A program made the translations under genes and the position numbers. Below, one piece after another: positions 24,480 through 37,610 of a stretch of DNA of 64,000 nucleotides. The stretch covers positions 301,134,001-301,198,000 of the forward strand of contig OZ024741.1 of NCBI GenBank assembly GCA_964016885.1, read 5' to 3'. Numbering within the stretch: position 1 is the stretch's first letter; each line of letters begins with the position of its first letter. Below the pieces are notes generated by a model. The model saw only the letters and a program-made list of their open reading frames with translations, was not told the origin of the DNA and made no database searches. Source of the DNA: Eledone cirrhosa. Lineage: Eukaryota.

Positions 24480-27012
24480 ATAACAATTTAGAAAACAAAA
24501 AAATTCCCCGTGACGAAGAAATACCGGGATGGCGGCCGGCGGGGAAATAGTCGTGTCTCAAGGGGAGGACGACCCTTCTAGTCTTGGTTGACACTCGTCC
24601 TAGGAGTGGTAACTCGAAATGATTACCCCTTGGCGGTTAAGAAACCAGAGAGGAACCAGACTGGGGTCGAAAAATCAGCTAATGGTTCAAACTTTCCCAT
24701 CAATTTGGAGCTGGAGACCTCCCATAACCGGAATACTCCTACTGATGGCCCTCCATGCTCACCACAAAGAAATCCAAAGAAAAGGAGAGAAAATGGTCAA
24801 GGGAAGACAATAAAGAAGTCCTTGAGGCTTTCTACACTGCCATGTACTACCCATCAAATAAATCGAATACAGAACAGACATATATCAACTGGAAAAAGAA
24901 ACATCCTGAAAACAGAGGCTATATTGACAGTAACAAACTAGCCAATATACGAAGAAACATTGTTAAGAAGAAGTTACTTACATAGATCAAGCAATTAGCA
25001 CAAAGTCAGCGAAGGGGAAATGAAATAGTGAAAACGAAGTAAATTGTAACACCTTAAATCCCAAGGTCGGGGCAGAATCACTGACAGCAGAACTAATTAA
25101 AGAAAGGATCGAAAAAGTGGAATGAGTGCATGCTCAAGTTGAAAGTCAAAACGAATACAATGAGATCATCAATGATAAAGAAATGAATGTGAATGAACTC
25201 GCCAGCTTGAAGAATGAAATTATGATCGAATAGATGAAAATGAAAGAATCTGACATGGGGGAACGAGACACTCTTCCTAAGATCCAGAACTCCAACCAAA
25301 ACCAAAGGATAATACGCAAGACTAACATAGCTCTCAAAGACATTATCATCACAAATAAAGTAAACATTACTGATCTAAATCGTATATACTATGCATCGGC
25401 TAAAGTCACCACTCACTTATGTGGAGTGAAAATGAAAAAACAAAGGAATACCCACAAAATACCTACTTGGCGAATGAACATCACTCGCCAAATAAATATT
25501 CTCCGATCTGACATAGAAATTTTAGCAAACTACAAACTAGGTAAGCATGTAAAACAGACTAAACTCAGAAAATTGAAAAGAAAATACAATATTAAATCAA
25601 CAAGCGACATAGACATGATGAAGAAAAAAGTGTCGGCCAAAGCTGCTCGCATAAGGCGGTTTAAAAAACGCTCTAGATTCTATAATGACAATAATATGTT
25701 CAAAACCAATCAAAAAAACTTCTACAGAAAAATTGGCAAGTCAACAATAACTGCTAAATCAAAACCACCCAAGGAGGAAGTGCAAGAATTCTGGGAAATG
25801 ATCTGGGTCGAAGAAAAAGTTCATAATATACATGCCCCATGGATAGACAGACAAATGAAAGATACAGCTCACCTTGAGGAACAAACATGGGAAAATATAA
25901 CAGTTGAACATCTGCGTTTAGCTCTTAGAAAATCCAGCAAATCGAAATCCCCAGGGAAAGACAAAATACCAAATTTTTGGATAAATGCCTTCCCAGAGTC
26001 TCTCATGAGCTGTTAGTCCAACTTTACAATGAAATGGTTAAGGAGCTAGAAAAGACCCCATCGTGGCTAGTTAACGGCATTACATTCCTACTTCCGAAGA
26101 ATGATGAGACAAATAATCCCCAAAATTACAGACCGATAACTTGCTTGACCACAATGTATAAAATTTTAACATCAGTCCTAACTGAATATACATATGATCA
26201 CCTGATAACAAATGATCTATTTCCCAATGAGCAGAACGAGTGTAAACGAGGCTCATATGGCTGTAAGGATCAGCAGTTTACCACACAGTTGAATTGAAAA
26301 GTGTTTAGAGATTTTCAAAATATCTCCCGTTGTCAGGAGGTTCCTGTCATTCAGTATGAAAACATGGAAAACAACACTCCTTTTGAATAGTGAAAGAAAA
26401 TCACTGGAAGCTGGAGAAGTTGATATTAATTGTGGAATTTTTCAGGGTGACTCTTTATCACCACTTATATTCTGCATCGCACCATTAAGTAAAATGCTCA
26501 AAAACCATTAATCACTTGTTCTACATGGATGGCCTGAAACTATTTGCAAAAAATGATGAGAAATTGCAAATTCTATTATCCACTGTGAAGAAATTCAGTG
26601 AGGATTTTAAAATGGAGTTTGGACTAAATAAATGCGCAAAAGTAACGTTCACCAGATGAAAGCTGCTGAGACGTTCAGACATTAATCTGGATCGGGGGTA
26701 TGTGATAAGAGAACTTTATCAAGAGGAAACTTACAAATATCTAGGTGTTTCTGAAGGAGACGAAATCAAGCACTCGACGATGAGGGAAAGGATAAGGACG
26801 GAATGTTACCGCAGAGTAAGAGCAATCTTAAGAACGGAATTGAAAGCAAGGAATAGGATCGATGCTATAAATACGCTTGCCATACCAGTAGTAACCTACA
26901 GTTACAATGTCATCAACTGGTCAAGCACAGAGATTTCCCCGGCTCAATACAAAAATTAGAAAATGCTTAACCATGCACGAATGCATCACCCTAAGGCAGA
27001 TACATTGATACC
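24480..27012 (+). mobile_element. Decayed R4/Dong-like non-LTR retrotransposon (N-terminus + RT)
   Basis: RKWSREDN..LANIRRNI, KSPGKDKIPNFW, NYRPITCLTTMYK, GIFQGDSLSPL, NHLFYMDGLKL (D>G), YKYLG, MHHPKAD. Multiple stops and frameshifts. Confidence 0.88.
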
Positions 27013-27068
27013 CAGAAACATTAGTGAGCGAAATTTTTTTTTAATTTTATTTTAAATATGGTAAAGCC

Positions 27069-27683
27069 CGTATACATGAAACTGACTGGCCAGTCTGCTG
27101 ATATGCAAATCTGGCTGATCAGTGGATTTGCTAATATGCTGATCAGTCAGTCTGCTAATATGCAAATCAGGCCGATCAGTCACTGCATATTTGAGAACAT
27201 ATCATATATTTTCACTAGCTCTGACAGTTGGCAGTTGAACAGTGAGCTGTACTGATGAAGGGTAATACCCAGAAATATGTGTGTCTGCAGTTCTGTTTAC
27301 ATGCCAACACAAGAGCAATAATTGTTTCTACGTTTAGGCACAAGGCCAGCAATTATCCAGTGTATTACTGGTACTTTATTTTATCGACCCCGTAAGGATG
27401 AAAGGCAAAGTTAACCTCGGCGGGATTTGAACTCAGAATGGCAAGGGCCGTAAAAGAGCAATAATGAAGAGTTCGTTCTACTGACATGGCTTTAAAAATG
27501 AGGCTTGTTTGCATAATTGCAAACAAATCGAATGTTATTATTAATAAAACTCAGATTACATTTATTGTATTCAGCCATGTAGAATTTTTTATTTTTTATT
27601 TGAATGTGGCAAAGCCGGCCATTTATCGCTCGTATACAGGAAACTGATTGGCCAGTCTGCTGATATGCAAATCAGGCTGATCA

Positions 27684-27685
<2 letters not shown>
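27069..27685 (+). mobile_element. Terminally redundant non-coding hammerhead element interrupted by a SINE
   Basis: ~55-bp direct repeat at 27069 and 27631. The SINE is flanked by TSD aagagcaataat (27311 and 27454). Confidence 0.7.
27245..27292 (+). ncRNA. Minimal type I hammerhead
   Basis: agctgta CTGATGA a gggta-a-taccc a GAAA t atgtgt GTC tgcagtt. Confidence 0.78.
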
Positions 27686-27734
<49 letters not shown>

Positions 27735-27749
27735 GAGAGAGAGAGAGAG

Positions 27750-27802
<53 letters not shown>

Positions 27803-29511
27803 GAGAGGAGGGAAGAGAGAGATGAGCGTGTGTGTCTGTAAGTATTTCTCTTTCTAAGTATGTTTTCGGTTGTGAATGTGAATTTGGTCATGAATGTACT
27901 GAAATTGATGTTATTATTTAATGTGGATTGGCAGTATCGGTAGAGAGTCGTACGCCATGCCTTCCAGCATAGTTACGTCCCTTTACAGTCTGAGTTCAAA
28001 TCCCGCGGTTTACTTTGCCTTTCATCCTTACGGGGTCGATAAAATAAAGTACCAGTAATGCACTGTGTAATTGCTGGCCTTGTGCCTAAAGTAGAAACAA
28101 TTATTTAATTTTTTCTGCACAAATGCGAATGTACATTTACAGAATTTGTCACATGAGTAAACTGCCAGTACTAACGAGAAGAGGAATGTGTTACCTGTAG
28201 ATATATATAGTATTCTTAATAAGAATTGCCTCGATTGTTTTGTCAGATTACGAAGTTATTTTATCTAATTAGATAAAAAGTTGAAAATGAATTTTTAGTG
28301 CAGTCACAACGAAAATTGGATAATGTTGAAAGATTAGGCATTGACATTTTTAGAACTTTCCCCAATGACAGTATCACACAAAAAGGAGCTGAAAATGTAG
28401 CCTTAACAACAGCTATGAATCTGCTAAAAATAATACCTAGAGATCACTAATTTAGATATATCCTTTTAATATCGGTAGAAAATATTAAATAATATAGCCG
28501 AAAATATAGAATCTTTGAAAAGCTACGGAGTCAATATAAATGCAATGGGGATTACAAGAGAATGTGTCAATTAAATGACATTGTCGTTAATAATATATTA
28601 TAATCATTGTCTCCTTAGTATTTCGTAATTTCTGAATCTCATTCACAATTAAAGTTTAGATATTTATATAACAAACAATAGGCGGCGAATTGGCAGAGTC
28701 GTTAGAACGTCGGATAGAAGGCTTTATGGCATTCGTTCCGGCTCTTTGTTCTCTGAGTTCAAATCCCACTGAGGTCAACTTTGCCTTTCATCAAAAGTAC
28801 CAGTCTATTACTGTGGTCGATTCTGCCTCTATATCTCTTTCTCATTTCCTCTCACTTTCTTTCTATCTTTCTCTGCTGTAAAATGCCCAAGGAACGCCGT
28901 ATGTCAATACGGCACCCCTACGACTCTATCGGGAGTTACGGGACCATATCATAGCCAACAATGTGCATATTAGTATTACACGGTTTCTTTTCTCGTAGTT
29001 GCTATTGCCAAGATTAAGATAAAACACATTTTAAATAAGACACTGTTGAGAAGATAAATACTTTATCAAGATATTAATATTATCCTCCATATGTATGTCT
29101 TGTTAATTTGTTTTGCTTCAAATACGTGTGATATTTAAATTTATGTCAGATGAAGTTGTGAACAACAATAAAAGTTATATTAACTTGTATTTTACCTTCG
29201 AAGGTGTGTATAGAGACATTTGCAATGATATATACTTATGGTCGATATTACTTATATAATTGGGTGCATATAAAGTAGCTGATCAATTACTGGAAAAGCA
29301 AGTTTGAAATAATTTACATATGTGAAGATAAAACTGAATACACTAATATTGCTATACATATCTATACACATGTACAGATGTTATGTAAAACAAGTGTAGC
29401 TTACAAAGCTTGGTTTATATAAAATTTAAAATGTAAACGCATTATAGTGACAGATTTACATTTACATCTGAAGTATATCTGCATCAAGTGATAACAAATA
29501 TTTTCAAATGT

Positions 29512-29823
29512 GGAGGCACTCTGTCAGTTACGAGGATAAGTGTTCCAGTTGATCAGATCAACCGAACAGCCTACGCGTGAAATCAATATGCAAGTGGCTG
29601 AGCATTCCCCAGACACGCGTACCCTTTTACCTAGTTCTCAGGGAGATTCAGTGTGACAAGGCTGCTCCTTCTAACTACAGGTACAACTCATGTTTGCCAC
29701 CTCAGTGGACTGGAACAACGCAAAATAAAGTGTCTTTCTCAAGGACATATCACGCCGCCGGGAATTGACCTCTCGACCTTACGATTATGAACTGGAAACC
29801 CCAACCTTAAAGCCACACGCCCT
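29512..29823 (-). mobile_element. CORE-type tRNA-derived SINE
   Basis: Minus strand has a tRNA-like head (gtggc..aagg..gtcaattcccgg) followed by gtccttgagaaagacactttat, a CORE-like segment. Confidence 0.7.
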
Positions 29824-30518
29824 CAAAAGTAAAAAGTTCAATTTTTTTATATTTGTTTGTTGTTATTTGGCATTTAAGAAAAATATTTTTCTTCCGTAAT
29901 TCATGATGATATATTAAATATATTTGAAATCATAAGTATCTTAAATTGCACCGATATTAATTCCCGGCTTATTTGATATCGACGTTCTGCCAACTCGCCT
30001 CCTATGTTTCATACACATAGGTGGCGAGTTGGCAGAACGTCGGATAGAATATTTTGTGGTATTAGTTCCGGCTCTCTGCTCTCCCAGTTCCAACCCGCTG
30101 AGGTTAACTTTGCCTTTCAGCCTTTCGATGTTGATAAAAAAATACCAGTCTCGTACTGGGTCGATTCTTCCCCTCTCTTGAAAAAATCTGCTGTACTCAG
30201 GCCGAGAAGTGGATTGGCTCTGTCAGTCTTAAAATGCCCTTTCGACTGCATCAGGAGTTATGGAACCATACCATACCACACACATACCCCCCTCTCTCTC
30301 TCCACCCACCCACCCTCACCACCGAGAACTAAAATCCAAAGAGAGCTCGATAAGGATAAATATATATCAAATATATAAGAACCCTAGAGCAAATATTTAT
30401 TAAAATATATATATACCCAGGGAGTGTAACGTGAAATTACTGTAGGTTCACCCAGGTGAGCACTCGATGTTAAGGTTCACGCCATTGGCGAGGTGTAGAG
30501 CTAGACAGAGTGTAATAT

Positions 30519-30780
30519 AATAATACAAGGACAATTTGTTAAGTCTTCATTACGATTATTGATTGGTGTCGCGCGTTTCACTAATGGTATGCTCAAGGTT
30601 CGATCTGTATCGATCTGGCTCGACTTTGGAATCATATATTCATTCTGTCATTACTACAGCAGAGGTTTGACGAGTCTTTGATTCCTGAGTCGGACCAGAT
30701 CGATACAGACCGAACCTTGAGCTGATCAATAGCGAAACGCACGTCACCAATCAATAAACAAATCGTCCTTGTATTATTAT
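30519..30780. repeat. Foldback mini-element: hammerhead-bearing repeat plus partial inverted copy
   Basis: Arms ~30519-30634 and ~30679-30780. A degenerate relative lies at ~7700-7775. Confidence 0.85.
30664..30748 (+). ncRNA. Hammerhead with extended stem II (C3U)
   Basis: ggt TTGACGA gtctttgatt..40 nt..gatcaatagc GAAAC gcac GTC acc, then AATAAA. Confidence 0.65.
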
Positions 30781-30834
30781 TATTTTTATTATATATATAT
30801 ATATATATATATAATTAGAAAATCATAACAATTT

Positions 30835-31405
30835 CAAAGATACCCCTGTGCTGATAGGTAATGTATAGTCTGCAAGCTAAGCCCGCAAATTAACTATAAA
30901 GCTAGGAACGTAGTATATAGCATAATATGTACTGAGGGACAGTGATAAGAATATAAGTGAAACACCAAGTAGCATAGAAGAGAGAATAAGGGACACTGGC
31001 GAGAACTCCAGAATGGGAAAAACTCATAAAATAGTATATAGGGGCACATCAGAGAACATAATAAAAATGATATCAACACACAGAAAAGATGCAATGATCA
31101 GACAAATCACAGAGGCTACAAATATAAACGAACTCCAACCAAAATTAAACATGAGTGGAATAGCAACATCACAATTAGTAATTAAGGACAAAATGAAGAC
31201 ATGCAGACACACACACATGCCCAGATGTAACACATGCGCAAACTAAACACACAACACGCAAAAACAAGACGGTGTAGGACAGAACAAAGCAGAGACACAC
31301 ACAAAAATTAGTCACTGATGAGGTCACAGAATGTGTGACGAAAGAGCTTTGCAATATATAGACAACCTTCCGATTATTGAACCAACCAACCAAACGAAAA
31401 TTTAT
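30835..31405 (+). mobile_element. Penelope-like 3' fragment (decayed GIY-YIG + pLTR)
   Basis: ARNVVYSIICT..EERI..RQITEATNINELQPKLN, followed by a UTR with an HHR. Same family as 53765-54948. Confidence 0.8.
31311..31352 (+). ncRNA. Minimal hammerhead in pLTR
   Basis: gtca CTGATGA g gtcaca-gaatg-tgtgac GAAAG ag CTT tgc. Confidence 0.75.
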
Positions 31406-31409
31406 AATT

Positions 31410-33282
31410 AATTGAATCCGTCTGAGACATATCTGCTGGAAATGCTACAATTGTTTAAGGTGGTGTCGATATGTGACCCAGGTCTTGCAGGCATAAAGAA
31501 GAGAAGTGAGCACACATGCCTTGTACGCCTTTAGCTTTGTCTTTTTGTATATGTCTCGCCGACCCCAGAGGCGCCTTTCTAACTTTCTAAAAGCATCACT
31601 TGCTTTCCTAATCCTGAGTGGAATTTCATTATCAAGATTGCTGTATCGATTGACAGTGCTTCCCAGGTAGACAAACTGATCAACCACTCCAAGTTGTTTA
31701 CCATACACAGAGATATTTGGCTCACTGTCCTGCTTACCAGGGTCAGATTGGTACATGACGACGGTTTTCTTGAGACTGACAGTCAATCCTAGGGCAGTGC
31801 AAGCATCAGAAAATGCATTCAAAATGTGCTGCATATCACTCTGTGTGCGCTACAAGATCGCAATCATCTTCATACAAGAGGTCTCTTATGATTGATGTAA
31901 ATACTTTCGATTTTGCAGCAAAGCGCCTGATGTTAAATAAGCTGCCAGAAATTCGATATTCAATGTAAACACCATGCTCGCAATTCCTGAATGCAATATA
32001 GAAAACCATTGCAAAGTATATGGCAAACAGTGTCGGTGCTGGAATATCCCCCTGTTTCACTCCATTTTTACTTAGATTGGCTCCGACATGTTATCTCTGA
32101 CATTAACCCAAGCCTTCATGTCAACATGGAAAGACCTAACCGAAGCAAGGAACTTACCAAGTTTCTGGAGAACCTTCCACAATGCATTTCTGTTAACAGT
32201 ATCGAAAGGTTTTGTCAGGTCGACAAAAACCTGATACAGATCCAAACCTTGTTCCGTGCACTTCTCCTGGAGCTGTCTAGCTGAGAAGATCATATCACTA
32301 TTGCCGCGTCCAGCACGAAAACCAGATTGACTTTCAGGAACAACACAATCTGCAATGTGCGTCAGCAGACGGTCCAGAAGCACCCTACATAAAATGGTGT
32401 GATTAGTTTCACTTTTGCGCGTAACAGGTGGTCCGTCCAGCACTCAGCTCCACAATGAACACAAACACACTGCACCCTGACAAGGACGTAGTACAAAAGA
32501 TGCCATCCCATAGATGCAGGATGCATCCAGGTGTCTTAAATTTGTTCTTTTGCTGGAACATGGTGTTGGTAACACACAGATCCAGCTCCTCAGACATTTG
32601 CAGCAGGAGCATACCATTGTTGTTACACTTTCCCACCCCATACTTCCGATTACATTCCATGTGTTAAAATCCCTACCCACTCTAGCATAAAAGTCATCAA
32701 GCACGATGACCTTGTCTACCTGAGGGATATTTCTTAAAACACCTTTCATACATACATACATGATGGCTGCAATCACTTGTTTAGATTATAGAGTTTTGTG
32801 CACTTTTAGGCTACGGCCAGCCACACGAACCTGTAACAGATCCTGAACAAGCAATGCCTCTGCTTTGAAGGGTTTTTTTAAGTGGGGAATGGCCTTGCAT
32901 TCGACCAATCCCACTCTCTGAGCATCGAAAACACTACCCGAAAAGGAGAAGTGGTCAGCATCATCGGATCTTCCGAAGTCGCAGTTTTTGTTTTTTTTCA
33001 GAGTTCCCTCTCCTCGAAAGGTGTGTGACAATAACTGGGGGCCTTTCACACCCTGGTCAAAAAAGCAAAACAAAAAAAAACGACTATTTGGATGACCGTT
33101 GACTCAGCTGAGGTTCTCCACCCTTTGCCGGGTCCTGTATTTCATCCTGCGGTGTGTCCAAATATCACCCTCCACACCAATCTACCTTGGTGGGGTTGTC
33201 AGTTTAGTCACCGACGACCGACCATGAGACAGGTTGTACCGGATTACATGTAATCAGTAGCACTCGAGAGCGACCTCACCTA
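31410..33282 (-). mobile_element. Decayed RTE/BovB-like LINE
   Basis: APE piece IVLDDFYARVG..NG.LLL; RT pieces PESQSGFRAGRG, FVDLTKPFDTV, KQGDIPAPTLF, LLYEDD, FVYLGS. Confidence 0.88.
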
Positions 33283-33424
33283 AATACATACATGCATACA
33301 TACATACAAATATACATACATACACACACACATATATTTGCATTTCTAGCACTCGAGAGCAACCTTACATACATACAAACATACATACATACATAAAACC
33401 CTAATAAAATACATACATACAAAT

Positions 33425-34012
33425 AAAAACAATAAAATGCAAGCATAAGAAACTAGATATTATGATATGGGACAGGGAGAAGAAAACATGCACAGTAGTG
33501 GAAATTAGCTGCCCAGCAGATGCCAATATAATATCAAAGATTAGTGAAAAGGAGAATATTTATGCAGAACTGATGAGAAATCTGCAGATACTCCACCCTG
33601 ATTACACCTTCAGATTTATGCCTGTGATTATTGGGGCACTGGGGTATGTTAGTAACTGCCTCAATACAAATCTTGAGAAGCTAGGCTTCACAGGAACAGA
33701 AAGAACACAACTAGTTAGGAAATTACAAGTACAATCCATTAATGGAACAGTAAAAATATGTAAAACATTCCAAAAATGTTGCATCTAATAACTGCATATA
33801 CACATGTACAGATACAAAGCATATACACATGCACACATACAATTCAAAACATACACATCCACACATACAATAACATCCATACCTACACATGCATGCAGAC
33901 ATATTTACCAAGATGTTGTGTAAATTCCAATAAGAGAGTCTTGTAACTATGTAAGAAACCGGCTCTCTCTCTATTGGAAACAAATTGTGAAATTATAAAA
34001 CCAGAAGAACAT
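33425..34012 (+). mobile_element. R4/Dong-like 3' end: restriction-like endonuclease + 3' UTR, embedded in (TACA)n
   Basis: K.DIMIWD..VVEISCP..EKENIYAEL..PVIIGALG. Confidence 0.85.
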
Positions 34013-34025
34013 ACATACATACATA

Positions 34026-34556
34026 CTTGAAACGTAAGCAGGGAGGCAGAGGCCTAACATTAGTCCAGACAGCATTTGAATGTTGCAACATAGCTGACAA
34101 TAGCTACAAACCTCAAAGCGTAGGAGCCCGTCTCTCGAGCAAGTCTATCTCCATGAAACAGATAAGATCTTGAGAGTTGGGATGGAACTCCTTGAGAGAT
34201 ATTCCCTGTGTGATAATCCAAAACTCACACCCAGGGAAGTCGCTCAGCAGTATCGCAGTGAATCCATGGATGAAAAACTGCATGCTTATCAGCAAAAAAT
34301 CATGCATGGATATGTTTCATCTAATAACTGCATATACACATGTACAGATACAAAGCCTATACACATGCACACATACAACTCAAAACATACACATCCACAC
34401 ATACAATAACATCCATATCTACACATGCATGAATGTATACATAATCTACCTAGTTGATGTTGTGTAAATTCCAATGAGAGAGTCTTGTGTCTATGTTAGA
34501 AACCGACTCTCTTTCTATTGGGAAAAATGTGTGAAATTATAAAAACAGAAGAACAT
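34026..34556 (+). mobile_element. Second, internally deleted copy of the same RLE-type element
   Basis: LKRKQGGRGL..K.MHGY is fused directly to a duplicate of the 33783-34012 3' UTR. Confidence 0.8.
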
Positions 34557-34607
34557 ACATACATACATACATACATCCATACATACATCCATACATACAT
34601 ACATACA

Positions 34608-34638
<31 letters not shown>

Positions 34639-35179
34639 GCATTTCTATCTCCATACATACATAGCTTTCCAGATAGCTGTGCTTTGCCGGACTATCTACT
34701 CATTGTATGCAAATCATGTTAAAGTCGATCTCGTTATGTATTGTCCAGGGGTAACTACAGTGAAATATTCGTATAATTCTTCTATAATTCTGAAGAGAAA
34801 TTCATTACTTTCTCCCAAAGCTAGATTTCCATATTTATATTAAATATGCACAAGTATATAACTTGATACTATAATAATCTTATTAATCTTAGAGTCATTC
34901 CGTTTTAAATTCTTTGTGTAGAAAAGTGCTTACACATTTCTATCTTACATTCAGTTGAAATACTCTATTACAAGTGGGGGTGGAAATATATCTAAACTCA
35001 TATAGTAACTGTGTGGTCTTCGCACATACAATACCAAAAGAGTGTGTTGAAACTGCAGTAGTTGAATTAAACGGGGATTAAAAGAACACTGGTCTTGTTA
35101 TTATTTTTATCTACATAATTCGTTGTTTAATGAAAACTGGTGAATCTCCGAATATATTTAGCTCCAACCATTAAAAGCA

Positions 35180-35885
35180 GCATCAAAAATTCACTATCTT
35201 TTGATGTTCCTGTCTAGAGTTCCAGCACATGATGCAAATGTTCCCCATTTGAATCCATGCATTTTGGGGGTGCATAGTGACATTTGGCATAACGTATTTA
35301 CAAACAAAGCTAGGGATGGCTCTGATGTTTACATTTAGTATAGTGATGGTCCTGCATTTGTTGTCATTTACCCTATCCTTCATATAACACCAAATAAATA
35401 AATATGTGGCACAGAAATCACCGCTGTATGTTATTAGGTCTTTCACGGTCCTGTTGGATAGAGAACGTATTCATTAGAGTTAGGAACATGGTCTCTGGCC
35501 CTTTCTTGAAGTCTTCCAAGATGTCTATATAGTTCCATTGTGACTGTAGCAGTGAAACTTCTTTCGATGACAAGGAATGGAGCAATCAACCTGGAAAGGT
35601 TTTATAGCCAACCCAGTGGGTTTCTCTGGCCCCTAGAAACACATTGTTCTTAGCGTTGTTCTTCCTCTCTATGTGAAAATTTGGCTTGTTTTCCTTCTTC
35701 TCCAGCATTTTCTCAGGCATAGCCATTACTTTTAGTTTGTATTCTATGGAGGTACTTTTTAAGACCCTCTTTGACAACCCTTCTGCGAGTTTCTATGGCG
35801 AGACATCAGGATTGGCTTTTCCTACACTGCAATCGTTTTGTATTCTGTTCCACAGACTCAGACCATATCAATAATTTCCTGTGTA
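35180..35885 (-). mobile_element. Highly decayed Tc1/mariner transposase remnant
   Basis: DL...D..FIWCYMKDRV (resembles SPDLNP.DFFLWGYLK.RV) plus an HTH-like N-terminal part. Confidence 0.55.
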
Positions 35886-36334
35886 TGTATCCTGGGTCTT
35901 CTTGAGTGAGTAGGAAGATTCTGAGACGTTTTTTACCAGGACATAATTACTTGCAAAATTTCAAATAGAACGTTAACTACCTCTTACTTCACACCAAAGA
36001 TCTGTTAAACGCTGACACTGAGTGATACTGTTTCAAAGCAATTGAAATGCGATCTTTGTGTTGCCAACTTATCTAATAGAATAAACAAAGAAATGAATAC
36101 ATGTCATACGAGCTATCCAAGAATAAGCATGTATACTCTGTCATTTTCACAATTATCAGGAATATTCTTTGGAATTAATGAATAATGTTTTTGTTGAACC
36201 ATTATAACTGTATCATAAATATCCGCATGCTTCCTTATTCATAATTCTACTTTTATTTCAATTGTATACACACTTGATGTTTTTGCTGGTTTAAAAGCTC
36301 AAATAAATTTTCATTACAAAAAATGTAGTTGCAA

Positions 36335-37610
36335 AAGAATTACGGAGGCATCCGTCCAATTGCAGTGGGCAACGTCTTTCGGCGACTTGCGTCCATGTTG
36401 TCGTCTTCAGGTCAGTCATAGATGAGTTGAGCGAGACACCAAGTTCCGAGTAGGAGTTCAGTGTGGATATGAGGCCGTTGCCCATGCGGCCAGACACTAC
36501 GTAAAGCACACGCCTCCTTCGCCCCCTGCCTTCTAGTGAAGCTGGACATAAAAAACGCCTTCAACATGGTTAGGCGGGATCACATCTGGGAGCCATGTCT
36601 AAGATGTTCTCTATTGTTACTCCCCTTTGCGTACTTCTCCTATGGGACAATCAATACACTGGTTGCTGCTGACAACAAAGTCACTTCTGCCACAGGTATC
36701 CACTCGAACCGCTCCTCTTTGCACTGGCTGACATAGCCTTGGAACTCAAGTCAGCTCTGGCCGATCGGACCAACGAAGTTCTAGTCGTCTCCCAGTATAT
36801 ATAAGTGCAGCATAACTGGGATGACATCAGCTGCAGGTCTTCATTCAGATGAATTGAGTATTCTTCAGATCAACACCATCTAGCATGCTTCCGCTCAACC
36901 TTGCAACCATTCATTCAGATTTGCGTCGTAGTTCAATTTGGGGCCATTCTCATCATATTGAGGATGACCACTCTCATATTTTAGTAGCCCAACACCTCGG
37001 CATCCACTGAGAAAGCAACACAAATGCCATCATGGGCCTGTTTCGATGACTTCGGCCTGCACCCGTATTATGCCGACTTATCACAGGCCAGTTCCACCGA
37101 CACGCCGTTCTGAACGATATGATCAGTGGGATGACGCAGCCGGTTTCCCACCACAACTGGAGCCAGCTGCCCTTGATGGTGGTGATGGTAAAAACTCAGG
37201 CGAAATAACCCTCCATTCGAGGGAGGTAAATCACTAATCAGGGATGCGACGTATTGTGAATCATACTTTGTCTCCATCCTTGTCACTTTGGCAGCAAACC
37301 TGCACAAGAGAAGAATTTAAACAAAAACCGGAGCTGGATCGACCGATTCCTTTCTGTACCCGTTGTCTGATGGTGTTCTCAGTCTCCGCACTGATAATTT
37401 CATCTGCAAAATCGGAAAAAGGCATCCCAGTTCGGAAGGTGACATGTGAGACTTGGTGCCTGTTACAGTGAATGTCGCTAGCCTTTTTCTGTGACAATTC
37501 CTTCGATATTTTGCCTGCGGGGCACGGCCGAATCATTGCTCTGACTGGGGTGTAGGGTCTGTCACTAGCTTCCTCCTCCTCTCATTTTCCTTCTTTGCTT
37601 AAGCTCGTTT
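36335..37610. mobile_element. Decayed CRE-like non-LTR element fragments, partly rearranged
   Basis: RPIAVGNVFRRL, VKLDIKNAFNMVRRD on the plus strand and an opposite-strand piece at 37261-37536. The 3' tail resembles 46250-46530. Confidence 0.6.

Noticed and set aside
24505-24690. HDV-like ribozyme in the R4-like 5' UTR (also considered at 33180-33280 and 20420-20620)
   Set aside because: P4-like hairpins and CNAA words are present, but I could not assemble the P1/P2/P3 nested pseudoknot by eye. Needs a descriptor search.
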